Part shown: in pieces, positions 37,487-47,800 of the stretch | Position numbering within the stretch: position 1 is the first letter of the stretch | Layout: the number at the start of each line of letters is the position of its first letter | Virus record (IMG/VR): IMGVR_UViG_3300031519_000002 | Reading direction: 5' to 3' (one strand) | Origin: a virus | DNA: 64,000 bases | Program-made: the position numbers and the translations under genes | Notes under the pieces: model-generated | Seen by the model: the letters and a program-made list of their open reading frames with translations, nothing else | Told to the model about the DNA's origin: nothing | Database searches by the model: none

Positions 37487-38991
37487 TGCAACATTTTTAT
37501 GATGGTCAGATTAGGCGCTATGTTACACAGTTAGTGAGACTGTTTAGTAACTTTTCTTACAAAGACGGTGACGGGAAAATAGTTCGTGTTCCAGTAACCT
37601 ACGGTGACATTACTCGACAAGTTGGGCATATCATTAGAGATAATAGTGAGAACAAAATACCAAGTGCTCCGCGTATGGGCGTGTATATTACTGGATTAGA
37701 ACAAGACAGAACACGCACAAGTGACAGTTCGTTTGTTAGTAAAGTTAATATACGTGAACGTGCATACGATACTGACGGAGCAGAATACTTAAACACACAA
37801 GGCAAAAATTACACTGTAGAACGTATAATGCCTAGTCCGTATAACCTACAAATTAATGTTGATGTTTGGTCAACTAATACTGATCAAAAATTACAAATTA
37901 TGGAACAAATATTAATGTTGTTTAATCCTAGTTTGGAAATACAAACAACAGATAATTATGTTGACTGGAGTAGTTTAACCAGTGTTGAATTGTCTAGTTT
38001 AAGTTTTAGTAATAGATCTATTCCAATTGGAACAGAGTCTGAAATTGATATTGCACAACTTGGATTTACTACACCAATATACATTAACCTTCCTGCTAAA
38101 GTTAAAAAGCTAGGCGTTATTACAAATGTTATAATGAGTATATTTGACGAGTCAAACGGAACAATCGACTTAGGATTAAGTACTCCTGAATTACTTGCAT
38201 ACAGCGATACTGAACAAGAGCGTCCGGCAATGAATAAACAAACTACTAGAGCAGAACGACAGGGTAATAACGTACAAGTAGGTATGACTACATTTAAAGA
38301 TTACGAAATTGTTGTGTTAAATAATATAGCACAAATTATAGATAAGGGTATTGCAGGCTCTGTACAGTGGAGTAAAATTATTGATGTACAACCCGGCGAA
38401 TACAAAGCTGGATTATCACAGCTACAATTACAACGTAAGTTATTAACCGGCGAAAATACTAGTATTAGTGTTAATGGTGCTATAACAATTAACCCATTGG
38501 ACGAAACACAACTTATTATTGCGTGGGATGACGACACTATACCAACCAACTCATCGTTAAATTCACCCAGTGGCAGAAATAATACAGGATCAGTAGACTT
38601 TATTATTAATCCTGCCAAATACAATCCAACTACTGCAAAAGCCGCAGGGTTAAGACTGTTATTATTAGGGTCAATTAACACTAGTAGTAACGTTGGTGGA
38701 CTAATGGACTTTGGTCAGGATCCAAGTGATGGTAGTTCTAAGGACCCATATGATGGTCCAGATGCCTGGAAAAATACAGACAATTCAGATTTCGTTGCTA
38801 ATGAAAATGACGTTATAGAATGGGACGGCGCACAATGGCATGTAGTGTTTGATGCTAGTGCAGACGTTGGTACAACCACAAAATATCTAACAAATCTTAA
38901 CACAGGTGTTCAGTATAGATGGACTGGCACAGAATGGATATTATCGTTCGAAGGCGAATACCGAAAAGGGACCTGGCGCCTGTCACTCTAA
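37486..38991 (+). CDS. Tail sheath stabilizer/terminator (gp15-like) with C-terminal extension
   Basis: FYDGQIRRY..QL.RLFS, VPVTYG, PRM, PSPYNL, QIMEQIL.LFNP. Confidence 0.85.
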   Translation: MQHFYDGQIRRYVTQLVRLFSNFSYKDGDGKIVRVPVTYGDITRQVGHIIRDNSENKIPSAPRMGVYITGLEQDRTRTSDSSFVSKVNIRERAYDTDGAEYLNTQGKNYTVERIMPSPYNLQINVDVWSTNTDQKLQIMEQILMLFNPSLEIQTTDNYVDWSSLTSVELSSLSFSNRSIPIGTESEIDIAQLGFTTPIYINLPAKVKKLGVITNVIMSIFDESNGTIDLGLSTPELLAYSDTEQERPAMNKQTTRAERQGNNVQVGMTTFKDYEIVVLNNIAQIIDKGIAGSVQWSKIIDVQPGEYKAGLSQLQLQRKLLTGENTSISVNGAITINPLDETQLIIAWDDDTIPTNSSLNSPSGRNNTGSVDFIINPAKYNPTTAKAAGLRLLLLGSINTSSNVGGLMDFGQDPSDGSSKDPYDGPDAWKNTDNSDFVANENDVIEWDGAQWHVVFDASADVGTTTKYLTNLNTGVQYRWTGTEWILSFEGEYRKGTWRLSL

Positions 38992-38992
38992 A

Positions 38993-38999
38993 ATAAGTA
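38993..38999 (+). promoter_or_regulatory. Variant late promoter, leaderless spacing
   Basis: ATAAGTA-cttgc-ATG (39005). Confidence 0.55.
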
Positions 39000-39004
39000 C
39001 TTGC

Positions 39005-39463
39005 ATGACTCAAGAAATAATTTGTAGTGGTGCATTGTTTTATTCCCTTAAAACAAAAAGATTCTTACTCTTACATCGCACCCAAAGTAAACAGAAGCAC
39101 GTATGGGGACTTGTTGGTGGAACTAATGGCAAGGATGAATTGCCGTGGCCTGCACTTGAAAGAGAAATACAAGAAGAAATTGGTGGCATTCCTAATATAA
39201 CAAAAACAATTCCTTTAGAAACATTTATAAGCACTGATGAAAAGTTTAGCTTTCATACGTATCTTGTAATAATTCAAGAAGAATTTATCCCAGAATTAAA
39301 TTATGAACATGATGGATATGCATGGGTATCTTTTGGAAGATGGCCAAAGCCCTTGCACATGGGATTACGTAACACGCTCCAAAGTAAAACTAATCAAACA
39401 AAATTTGAAACAGTTTTTAATCTAATAGACTATCTAGGACAGGAAAATAATGAAGGAAATTAA
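39005..39463 (+). CDS. NUDIX hydrolase
   Basis: Complete Nudix box G-x5-E-x7-REIQEEIG; EHDGYAW. Confidence 0.88.
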   Translation: MTQEIICSGALFYSLKTKRFLLLHRTQSKQKHVWGLVGGTNGKDELPWPALEREIQEEIGGIPNITKTIPLETFISTDEKFSFHTYLVIIQEEFIPELNYEHDGYAWVSFGRWPKPLHMGLRNTLQSKTNQTKFETVFNLIDYLGQENNEGN

Positions 39464-40955
39464 AAATATTACCATCGTCGGTGGCGGTACGGCGGCATGG
39501 CTAGCGGCCGCATATATTTCACGCAACATGTGGGACATTAGTCTAACAGTTATTGATAAAGAAGCAGGAAATCCTATTGGTGTTGGCGAAGCTACTGTAT
39601 TAACGTTCCCTGCATTTTTAAGAGATTGCGGCATTGATTTATCTGATTGGTTTCAAGCTGTTGACGGCACTTATAAGTCTGGGATTGATTTCCCAGGGTG
39701 GAAAAATCCTAAAGGATCTATATACCATCCGTTTTATTTAAATAGATCGTATCAAGAACACAACTGCACACAGTATGATGTATGGGCACAAAAACAAAGT
39801 GTAGACTTTAAGAAATCATCATTACCAACATTTGACGTAGCAATGGATAACAAAGTTGATATATGGGCATCGTTTTCTGCGTTAGCATATCATATCGATG
39901 CTGGTAAGTTAGTGAAACAATTAGCAAAACACTGTGGACAACATCTTACTTTAATTAAAAGTGACGTAGTTGACGTTAACAGAAACGACCAAGGTGATGT
40001 TGTAAGTTTAGGATTAAAAAACGGCACAACACATACTTCAGATTTTTATATTGATTGTACAGGTTTTGCATCAGTACTAAAAAAGCCAAAGCGTGTAGAA
40101 TTATTGGGCAACGGTAGACTGTTTACTAACACTGCTGTTGCAGGACATATTCCGTACGAAGATAAAGACGCCGAATGCACCCCTTATGTAAGTTGTCCTG
40201 CGGTTGATCATGGATGGATTTGGAAGATACCAACGCAAACAAGAATTGGTAGCGGTATGGTGTTTAATAAAGATATTACTGACATCGAAACAGCAAAACA
40301 ATATTTTTGTGATCACTGGAACGGAAGAATTAAGCCTGAAGATTTAAAAGTTATTGACTGGCAACCATACTACAGTGAAAACTTCTGGGAGGGAAATGTT
40401 GTATCACTAGGCCTAAGTGGTGGATTTATTGAGCCTTTAGAAAGTACTGGCATTGCTAGTATGACTACTGGTGTTTATAAATTAGTACAACGTATTCCCC
40501 AATATGCCTATACTCAAACAGATATTGATTCATACAATAAAGAAATGGCACATTGGTATGATGATGCTGTTGACTTTGTTAACAGTCATTATGCTGACAC
40601 AAAATGGGATACTCCTTTTTGGAATTATGTAAAAGACACACACGTCAAGTCAGACAAGCATAATTTCTATCAAAGATGGCTTAAAGATCCTAGTAGAAAA
40701 TTTTACACAAACGTCGATTCAATGACATTGTTCCATGCACCTAATTGGCATCTTTGGTTAATACAAATGGGATATCCTGTTAATAAAGATATATTAAATT
40801 TAAATGCGTTACAACTCAATGATATAAATCTAGACTTTGCTCGCCATGAAAAGATCCGTGGCATTACAAGTTTGTCTCATGCGGATGCTATTGAGTCTAC
40901 TAATTTAGGGTGCGATTGGGTTGCTCGAACAGAATCAAGAAATCAAGGAATATAA
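39450..40955 (+). CDS. Flavin-dependent (tryptophan-type) halogenase 1
   Basis: VGGGTAAW, IGVGEAT, catalytic Lys in GTYKSGI, WIWKIP, FIEPLESTG. Confidence 0.9.
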   Translation: MKEIKNITIVGGGTAAWLAAAYISRNMWDISLTVIDKEAGNPIGVGEATVLTFPAFLRDCGIDLSDWFQAVDGTYKSGIDFPGWKNPKGSIYHPFYLNRSYQEHNCTQYDVWAQKQSVDFKKSSLPTFDVAMDNKVDIWASFSALAYHIDAGKLVKQLAKHCGQHLTLIKSDVVDVNRNDQGDVVSLGLKNGTTHTSDFYIDCTGFASVLKKPKRVELLGNGRLFTNTAVAGHIPYEDKDAECTPYVSCPAVDHGWIWKIPTQTRIGSGMVFNKDITDIETAKQYFCDHWNGRIKPEDLKVIDWQPYYSENFWEGNVVSLGLSGGFIEPLESTGIASMTTGVYKLVQRIPQYAYTQTDIDSYNKEMAHWYDDAVDFVNSHYADTKWDTPFWNYVKDTHVKSDKHNFYQRWLKDPSRKFYTNVDSMTLFHAPNWHLWLIQMGYPVNKDILNLNALQLNDINLDFARHEKIRGITSLSHADAIESTNLGCDWVARTESRNQGI

Positions 40956-40956
40956 T

Positions 40957-42438
40957 ATGAAAATAGTTATTGTTGGTGGCGGAACTGCTGGATGGTTAGC
41001 CGCACTTATGATTAGTAAAATCAAACCAGAACATACAGTAACATGTATTGAAAGTTCTAAGATTGGCATCATTGGTGCTGGAGAAGGTAGTACAGGCGCA
41101 CTAACAAACATTATTCAAAATGTAATGTGGGACTTTGGAATTGATGAACAAGACTTTATTAAAGAGTGCGATGCAACAATTAAATTAGGCATTAAGCACA
41201 TTGGCTGGGGTCCTGATATTAATAAATCATACTACGGTCCGATTGATGGTACTCCGACTGGTGGGCAAGAATCTGACATTATTTTTCAACATGCATTAGG
41301 GTATAGAGAACAAGAGTTACTTCACCTTTCAACAGACTTGGGTTATAAAATACATCATAATAAAAATAGTTTTGTTGAACACGAAGGTAATCATTCATAT
41401 CATTTTGATGCACACAAAGTAGGAAAATATTTTAAAAAAGTCTGCACAGACGTAAAACACATTGACAGTGAAGTAAAAGATGTTATAATAGATAGTGAGC
41501 AAGGCTGGATTACTAGCTTAAACCTTACTAACGGACAGACAATAAGCGGTGATATGTTTATTGATGCTAGTGGATTTAATCGAGTGTTAATGAATGCAGT
41601 GGGCGGCAAGTGGAAAAGTTATAAAGAACAGTTGCCAGTTAATAGTGCATTGCCATTTATATTACCTTATGAGGAAGATGAAATTATTCAGCCAGTAACT
41701 AACGCATGGGCGCAAAATAACGGCTGGTGTTGGAATATTCCAACACTTAACAGACGAGGTTGTGGTTACGTATTCAGTGACGAGTTTGTAACGGCTGACC
41801 AAGCACATGCTGAACTTGAAAAAACTATTGGACGTAAAGTTGACCCAATTAGGCATATTAAATTTGATAGTGGTAGACAAGAAAAACTTTGGATTAAGAA
41901 CGTATTATCAATTGGCCTAGCTGGATCGTTTGCAGAACCATTAGAAGCAACTAGTATTCATACTACTATATTTCAATTAAAGCATTTTATATTTGGAACA
42001 TTAGGCCAAACAAGAGAAGACACTTGTCAAGAATTTGCAATAGACATGTATAATAAAACAAATGCACACATGTATGACGGATTGCGAGATTTTTTAATTG
42101 CACACTATACATGCGGCCGCAAAGATACAGAGTTTTGGAAGTACATTGATAGTGGTGCAACTAGTACAGAATTTGTTAAAACAATGCACGAAATGTGTAA
42201 ATTGCGAGTTCCTAACTATACGTTATTTCCAAGGCACGAAGGTAGTGCAGGATGGCCACTGTGGAGTTTTGTTTTAGCAGGAACCGGAAAACTAACAGAC
42301 ATAGTTGCTCAACAAGAGCTTAAATTCAATCTAACTGATCACAAAGCTGATGCCGAATACTCGTATCATGTGCAAGGCTATCATGAGAATAGTGAAAATT
42401 TACCAGACAATACACAGTATATAAAAGGTATGCAATAA
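40957..42438 (+). CDS. Flavin-dependent halogenase 2
   Basis: VGGGTAGW, ATIKLGI, WCWNIP, FAEPLEATS; start MKIV at 40957. Confidence 0.9.
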   Translation: MKIVIVGGGTAGWLAALMISKIKPEHTVTCIESSKIGIIGAGEGSTGALTNIIQNVMWDFGIDEQDFIKECDATIKLGIKHIGWGPDINKSYYGPIDGTPTGGQESDIIFQHALGYREQELLHLSTDLGYKIHHNKNSFVEHEGNHSYHFDAHKVGKYFKKVCTDVKHIDSEVKDVIIDSEQGWITSLNLTNGQTISGDMFIDASGFNRVLMNAVGGKWKSYKEQLPVNSALPFILPYEEDEIIQPVTNAWAQNNGWCWNIPTLNRRGCGYVFSDEFVTADQAHAELEKTIGRKVDPIRHIKFDSGRQEKLWIKNVLSIGLAGSFAEPLEATSIHTTIFQLKHFIFGTLGQTREDTCQEFAIDMYNKTNAHMYDGLRDFLIAHYTCGRKDTEFWKYIDSGATSTEFVKTMHEMCKLRVPNYTLFPRHEGSAGWPLWSFVLAGTGKLTDIVAQQELKFNLTDHKADAEYSYHVQGYHENSENLPDNTQYIKGMQ

Positions 42439-43586
42439 TGAAAGTATTAGTTATTGGCGATGTAATAATCGACAAATATATCTATGGCACTTCACAACGT
42501 TTAAGCCCTGAAGCTCCTGTACCTATTGTTAAACACTTACATGAAGTCGAAACACTTGGCGGGGCAGGACTTGTTTACGAAAATTTAAAAAGTTTAGGTG
42601 TTAATGTAACACTAATGGAATCTGATCATGGATACAGAAGTGTTAAGACCCGAGTCATTTGTGATGGTCATTATGTTACACGTATTGACGATGACAAACG
42701 TGCAAGCGGTAACGCAGTATTAGCTGATGTATTGTCTAATGACTTTTCGCAATACGAATATGTAATACTCAGTGATTATGACAAAGGTGTATTAGATAAT
42801 GCAAAAGAAATTATTGCACACATTAACAAATTTAATTGTAAAATAATTGTAGATCCTAAAGAACATGCTAAACATTATAAAGATGCGTGGTTAATAAAAC
42901 CTAATCATAGTGAGTTTACTAAGTTTGGATTTACAAGCTGGCAGGGTAATATCATTACAACTAATGCAGGCAATAATGTAGTTGCCACAATAGATAATGT
43001 AGATTACGATATTCCAGTTGAGCATGTAGAAGTGTCAGATGTTACAGGTGCAGGAGATTGTTTCTTGGCCGCATTTGTATACGGATTAACAAAGCAATAC
43101 AATTATAAGCATTGTTTAGAACTTGCCGTTAGGGGTTCTAGAGAAGCAGTTAAACATGTAGGCACACACTTGCTTACAGTAACTGATATTGAGGATACTA
43201 TTGTGTTTACTAATGGAGTATTTGATATACTACACATAGGGCATTTAAAGCTTCTTAGCCATGCTAAAACACTAGGTAATCGCCTAGTAGTGGGCATTAA
43301 CAGCGATTCCAGTGTTAAGCGATTAAAAGGTGATTTAAGACCCATTAACGATCAGCACACCCGCAAGGAAAGCCTATTAATGCTTGGTTTTGTAGACGAA
43401 GTAATAGTGTTTGAAGAAGACACTCCGTTGGAAGCAATCACCAAATTAGAGCCAAGTATTATAGTAAAAGGCGGTGACTATACAGTAGAGACCGTAGTAG
43501 GAAACGAGTTAGCCAACGTGGTTATATTTCCTATACTAGAAGGACATAGCACAACTTTAATAGTTGACACACTAAACAAAAGATAG
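42438..43586 (+). CDS. hldE: Bifunctional heptose-7-phosphate kinase / heptose-1-phosphate adenylyltransferase
   Basis: RLSPEAPVP, SDYDKG, DVTGAGD; TNGVFDILHIGH, KGGDY, HSTT. Confidence 0.92.
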   Translation: MKVLVIGDVIIDKYIYGTSQRLSPEAPVPIVKHLHEVETLGGAGLVYENLKSLGVNVTLMESDHGYRSVKTRVICDGHYVTRIDDDKRASGNAVLADVLSNDFSQYEYVILSDYDKGVLDNAKEIIAHINKFNCKIIVDPKEHAKHYKDAWLIKPNHSEFTKFGFTSWQGNIITTNAGNNVVATIDNVDYDIPVEHVEVSDVTGAGDCFLAAFVYGLTKQYNYKHCLELAVRGSREAVKHVGTHLLTVTDIEDTIVFTNGVFDILHIGHLKLLSHAKTLGNRLVVGINSDSSVKRLKGDLRPINDQHTRKESLLMLGFVDEVIVFEEDTPLEAITKLEPSIIVKGGDYTVETVVGNELANVVIFPILEGHSTTLIVDTLNKR

Positions 43587-43592
43587 TATAAT
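43564..43592 (+). promoter_or_regulatory. Sigma70 promoter for hldD-cupin, overlapping the 3' end of hldE
   Basis: TTGACA-N17-TATAAT perfect consensus. Confidence 0.8.
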
Positions 43593-43609
43593 ATATAAAA
43601 GAGGTGAGA

Positions 43610-44437
43610 ATGAAAGTATTAGTTACAGGATATAAAGGATTTATTGGGAGTTATATTTCCAATTACCTAACAGAACAAGGTCACGAAGTTGAAGGTTATG
43701 ACTGGGTAGAAAACGTTGTACCGCATGTTGAAGGGTATGATTGGGTTGTGCATTGTGGTGCAATTTCAGATACTACCGAACGTGATGTAGAAAAAGTGTG
43801 GCAACACAATTATGAATTTACATTAAGATTGTTACAAATTTGTGACCACTTTGGAACAAATATCCAAATAGCAAGTACAGCCGCAGTGTATGGTAACATG
43901 ACAGAGTTTAATGAATCTAGTGCAGTGTATCCACAAACACCGTATGCATGGAGTAAGTTTTTAGTTGACAAGTTCCTAAATGATAACGGCTACGATAGCT
44001 TTAGTATGAATGTACAAACTTTTAGATATTTTAATGTGTACGGACCCGGTGAAGGACACAAAGGCGATCAAATGAGCCTAGTTAGTAAGTTTCAAAAACA
44101 GGCTTCGCAAGATGGTGTAATTAAATTGTTTGAAGACAGCGACAAGTATTTTAGAGATTGTATTTGTGTACACGATATTGCAGTAATACAAGAAAAGCTA
44201 ATGCACACAGACGAAGCTGGCTTATTTAATATGGGCACTAACAAAGCGCCAAGTGTAGAAGAAGTTGCTAGAACAATAGCTAAAAAGTATGATGCAAAAA
44301 TTGAATACATTCCGATGCCAGATAAGTTAAAATCACAATACCAAGAATACACTTGTGCTGACAATGCTAAGTTACACAATGCTGTACCGATTAGACATTG
44401 GATGACTGTAGAGGAGTATATTAATGCAACCGACTAG
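43610..44437 (+). CDS. hldD: ADP-L-glycero-D-manno-heptose-6-epimerase
   Basis: TGYKGFIG, GAISDTTE, YAWSK, RYFNVYGPGEGHKG.QMS, YQEYTCAD. Confidence 0.88.
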   Translation: MKVLVTGYKGFIGSYISNYLTEQGHEVEGYDWVENVVPHVEGYDWVVHCGAISDTTERDVEKVWQHNYEFTLRLLQICDHFGTNIQIASTAAVYGNMTEFNESSAVYPQTPYAWSKFLVDKFLNDNGYDSFSMNVQTFRYFNVYGPGEGHKGDQMSLVSKFQKQASQDGVIKLFEDSDKYFRDCICVHDIAVIQEKLMHTDEAGLFNMGTNKAPSVEEVARTIAKKYDAKIEYIPMPDKLKSQYQEYTCADNAKLHNAVPIRHWMTVEEYINATD

Positions 44438-44828
44438 ACTAGAAGGTAAGGTAGATAAAGGCTGGGGTTACGAATTAATTTGGGCCACTAACGAAAAATA
44501 CTGTGGAAAGATTATGGTGTTTAATCGAGTAGGCGCTAAGTTTAGTATGCATTTCCATAGGGAAAAGGACGAGTCTTGGTTTGTAAACAATGGCAGATTC
44601 TTACTTAATTATATTGACACTGATACTGCTGAGTACAAAAGTCAAGAACTTGTAGAAGGTTCAGTATGGCATAATCCGCCATTAATGCCGCATCAGTTAG
44701 TATGTATGGAAGCTGGAAGTAGTATTACTGAAGTAAGCACTCCTGATAGTGTAGAAGATAATTATCGCATTGGTCCAGGTGATAGCCAAAAGATAAAGCC
44801 AGCAATGGAAATTATAGATCAAGAATAG
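44424..44828 (+). CDS. Cupin, D-lyxose/D-mannose isomerase-like
   Basis: KGWGYE, YCGK, SMHFHREKDESW, PH, EVSTPD. Confidence 0.78.
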   Translation: MQPTRLEGKVDKGWGYELIWATNEKYCGKIMVFNRVGAKFSMHFHREKDESWFVNNGRFLLNYIDTDTAEYKSQELVEGSVWHNPPLMPHQLVCMEAGSSITEVSTPDSVEDNYRIGPGDSQKIKPAMEIIDQE

Positions 44829-44846
44829 ATTTAAATTTAAGTCAAT

Positions 44847-44876
44847 AAAAAAGGAGCAATTACTGCTCCTTTTTTT
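44847..44876. terminator. Bidirectional rho-independent terminator between convergent operons
   Basis: AAAAAAGGAGCA-attac-TGCTCCTTTTTTT. Confidence 0.9.
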
Positions 44877-44895
44877 GTGGGTGATTACAGTACTG

Positions 44896-47800
44896 TTAAG
44901 CCTGCGCTTCACCCCATTTAATAATAATGTTAGCATCTAATGCTTCACCAGTCGTCTTATAAACGTTTAGTGCTAGTACGTCAGGACCATTTGGGAAAGT
45001 ACCTCTACCACCTAGTGTAGTATTTGTAAGTTCTTTCAACTGTCCTAGATCTAGTGTTGCACGTTCACCCGGTGTCGCAATAAATGAGAACACAGTTTCT
45101 CCTGGCTGTGCAAATGGTGGTTGACTAAACTCAAAGTTAAATAAATCACCTGCTGACAATGTGCCATTATAGGAGTTGTTAAACGTAACCTTATAGTATT
45201 CAATACCGCCACTGCCTTGATTACCAAACAATAAAGGTCCTTCAATATTTGAAACACTTGACGAAGCTGGAAAAGTAATATCACTTTGGTTAGTTGGAGC
45301 ACCAGCTGAATTGCCTAATGATGTACCACCTTTGGCACCTGCCGCGTCCCAAACACTCTTAGTAAAGAGTGCAAATGCTGAGTTAACAGTATCGCCGCCC
45401 TTTTGGAATGATTGTGAAGCACCGTTACTACTGTTAGCGTTTGGATTGCTTGAGAAGTAAACTAAGTATCTACCATAAACAGTTTGGTCAATAATCTGCT
45501 GGATTGTAGTTCCTGCAGGGAAAAAGTCACCACCGCCTGCGCCATCAGCAATTTGATCACCTGCTGTTAAGTTAGCTGTTTCCCAGCTATCTTGAGCAAA
45601 GTAGCCATAACTTCTGTTTGTTCTAAAGTTCCACCATGGCATCAATTGTGCCGATGTTGTAACCTGGGCCATAACTGCCGCTGTTGTATATGTTGCTGAA
45701 TCACCACTGTTCCAGTTAACACTACCACCGGAAGCAACCTGTGCAAAACTAGGTTGTCCACCTTGTGCAAGTCCTGCAAGTCCTGTCCAACCAATGTCAC
45801 CTGGGTTAAGTGGATAGTTCTGTGGGTTAAGCACACCTTCAATAACAATACCACCTCTAATTGGTGTATCGTCATCAGCCGTACCATCTGATGTAATTTC
45901 TAAGCCTTGCATAAGCAACTGAGCTCTGTTTAGTAGCTCTCTATCACCTAAGTCGCCAACAATAGCATTACTAACACTAGGTGCTAGTCTTAATAAGAAC
46001 GCTGTTTGTTTTGTTGTACTAACACTTAGTCCTGTTTCTGTGTATGAGAAAATATAACCACGGTCATCATCAAAGCCGCCATCTGTAATAAACGCACTAC
46101 CCCAGTGACTAATCAAAGGTGTAATAGTATTACTAATTAAAATAACACCTGTTCTTGCAATGTGTGAAGTTGCAGGCCCTGCATTATACTGTCTAGTAGC
46201 ACCAGCTTGGAAGTTTGTAAGTGTTGTGCCTCTAGTAACGTTTGTAAGATTTTTGTTAACATGGTCAATAGATGTATAACTAATTAACTCGTTATCAATG
46301 TAGACTGTTCCTGCATCTGGAAAGAATTTAGATTCAACTACTGGAATAATTGTTTCACTAGCTGTAATATCTGTGCGTAATGCGGAGTTAGATCCTTCGT
46401 TAGTAACTTCATAACGCACTGGTAAGTTACCTGAACGCATAAATGCTTCTGTGTTTACGTTTGAGTTACGCATTCTGTGACAGAATACAAAGTTACCATC
46501 TGCACCACGTAGCATCCAGTCAATAAAGCCTGCACCATACCAACTGTATTGAATACCAATCATCTGCATGTATCTAACATCCATATTGTATCCACTTGGT
46601 CCTGTGCCGTCTAACCTATCTAAGTTCCACTCTTCTTGCAGAACTTTTTTATCTGTAATCAAGTTAACCTTTGCCGCTAGTACGCTATTAACACCTCTAT
46701 AATCTGGTGTTACAGTCATCTGTGTTTGTGAATCAACGTTCGAAACAACGTGTGTCATTCCTTTGATAACAATTCTATCACCAGCTTTTAACTGATCTCT
46801 AAATCGTGTATTGTTTCCTATCATCAAGTTACTATCTGTATTAATTGCTACAGTTCCTGCAACTTGTTTTGTACTTGTACGCTGTGCTACACTAACGTTT
46901 GATCCATCAAACTCCCAATAAATTCCGTTTTGATCATCAAATACACCTGAACGCACTGTTGCGCCATGCCATCCAACAACGGTCATTTGTGCCGCAAATC
47001 CTAAGATTGCAGTAGTAGCGCCTAGTCGTCTAGTTGAAAGACATCTTAAACTTCTTTCATCTATAATTTGTGTAATTACATATTCGCCGTTGTAGCCTGC
47101 TGTTTCAACACCAATAAGTCTAATCTTTCCACCAACTTGGGCGCCGTGATCGTTGTCATCTGTTGTAATAGTAACAATAGCACCAATGCCTGTTCCGTCT
47201 GCTGTAATAGTTCTTACGTCATAACTCGGAGCAAAAAGTGCACCAGTTGTATACATAATACCTTTACCTGACTGATATCTAATATATTTTTTACTTTGAC
47301 GTATTGCTTGCGCTCCGTGCTGTGGACCGCCTGTACCTAGTTGTACACCACCGTCATATGGTCTGTGAATAAAGAAGCTATCTGGACGTAAGTACACGTT
47401 ACCTTGGATTCTATCTTCAGTACTGTCGCCTGCTGTAAATTCTAAAATAGAACCAGGTGCTCTTGTATTGTATCTAATTTTCTTAGTGGTTGGAATATTA
47501 ATAGCAAGGAATGATCCTGATGCTAGTGCGTGATTATTTGTTCCGCCATCATCAGAGTTAACATCAACTAAGAAAGTATCTCCTGGAACAATACCATGTG
47601 AGTAAGGCCATGTTACTTCGATAGTAGCTAGTGCCTCAAAGTTAACACTTGAACTTGAACTAATTTCTGCTGTTGTAAAGTCTGTTAGTGTAACGCCGTT
47701 TACTAAGCTAAGGCCGCCTCCACCTGCACCAGTACCTGTGATAGTAACTGTTGATAGTCCGCCACTGCCGTCTACTGATGCTACTACAATAGTTGCATCG

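Noticed and set aside
39450-44828. Bacterial chromosomal LPS or secondary-metabolite locus (host contamination or prophage boundary)
   Set aside because: Genes are tightly coupled to the phage NUDIX gene after gp15, share phage late-type promoters, and are flanked by virion genes on both sides
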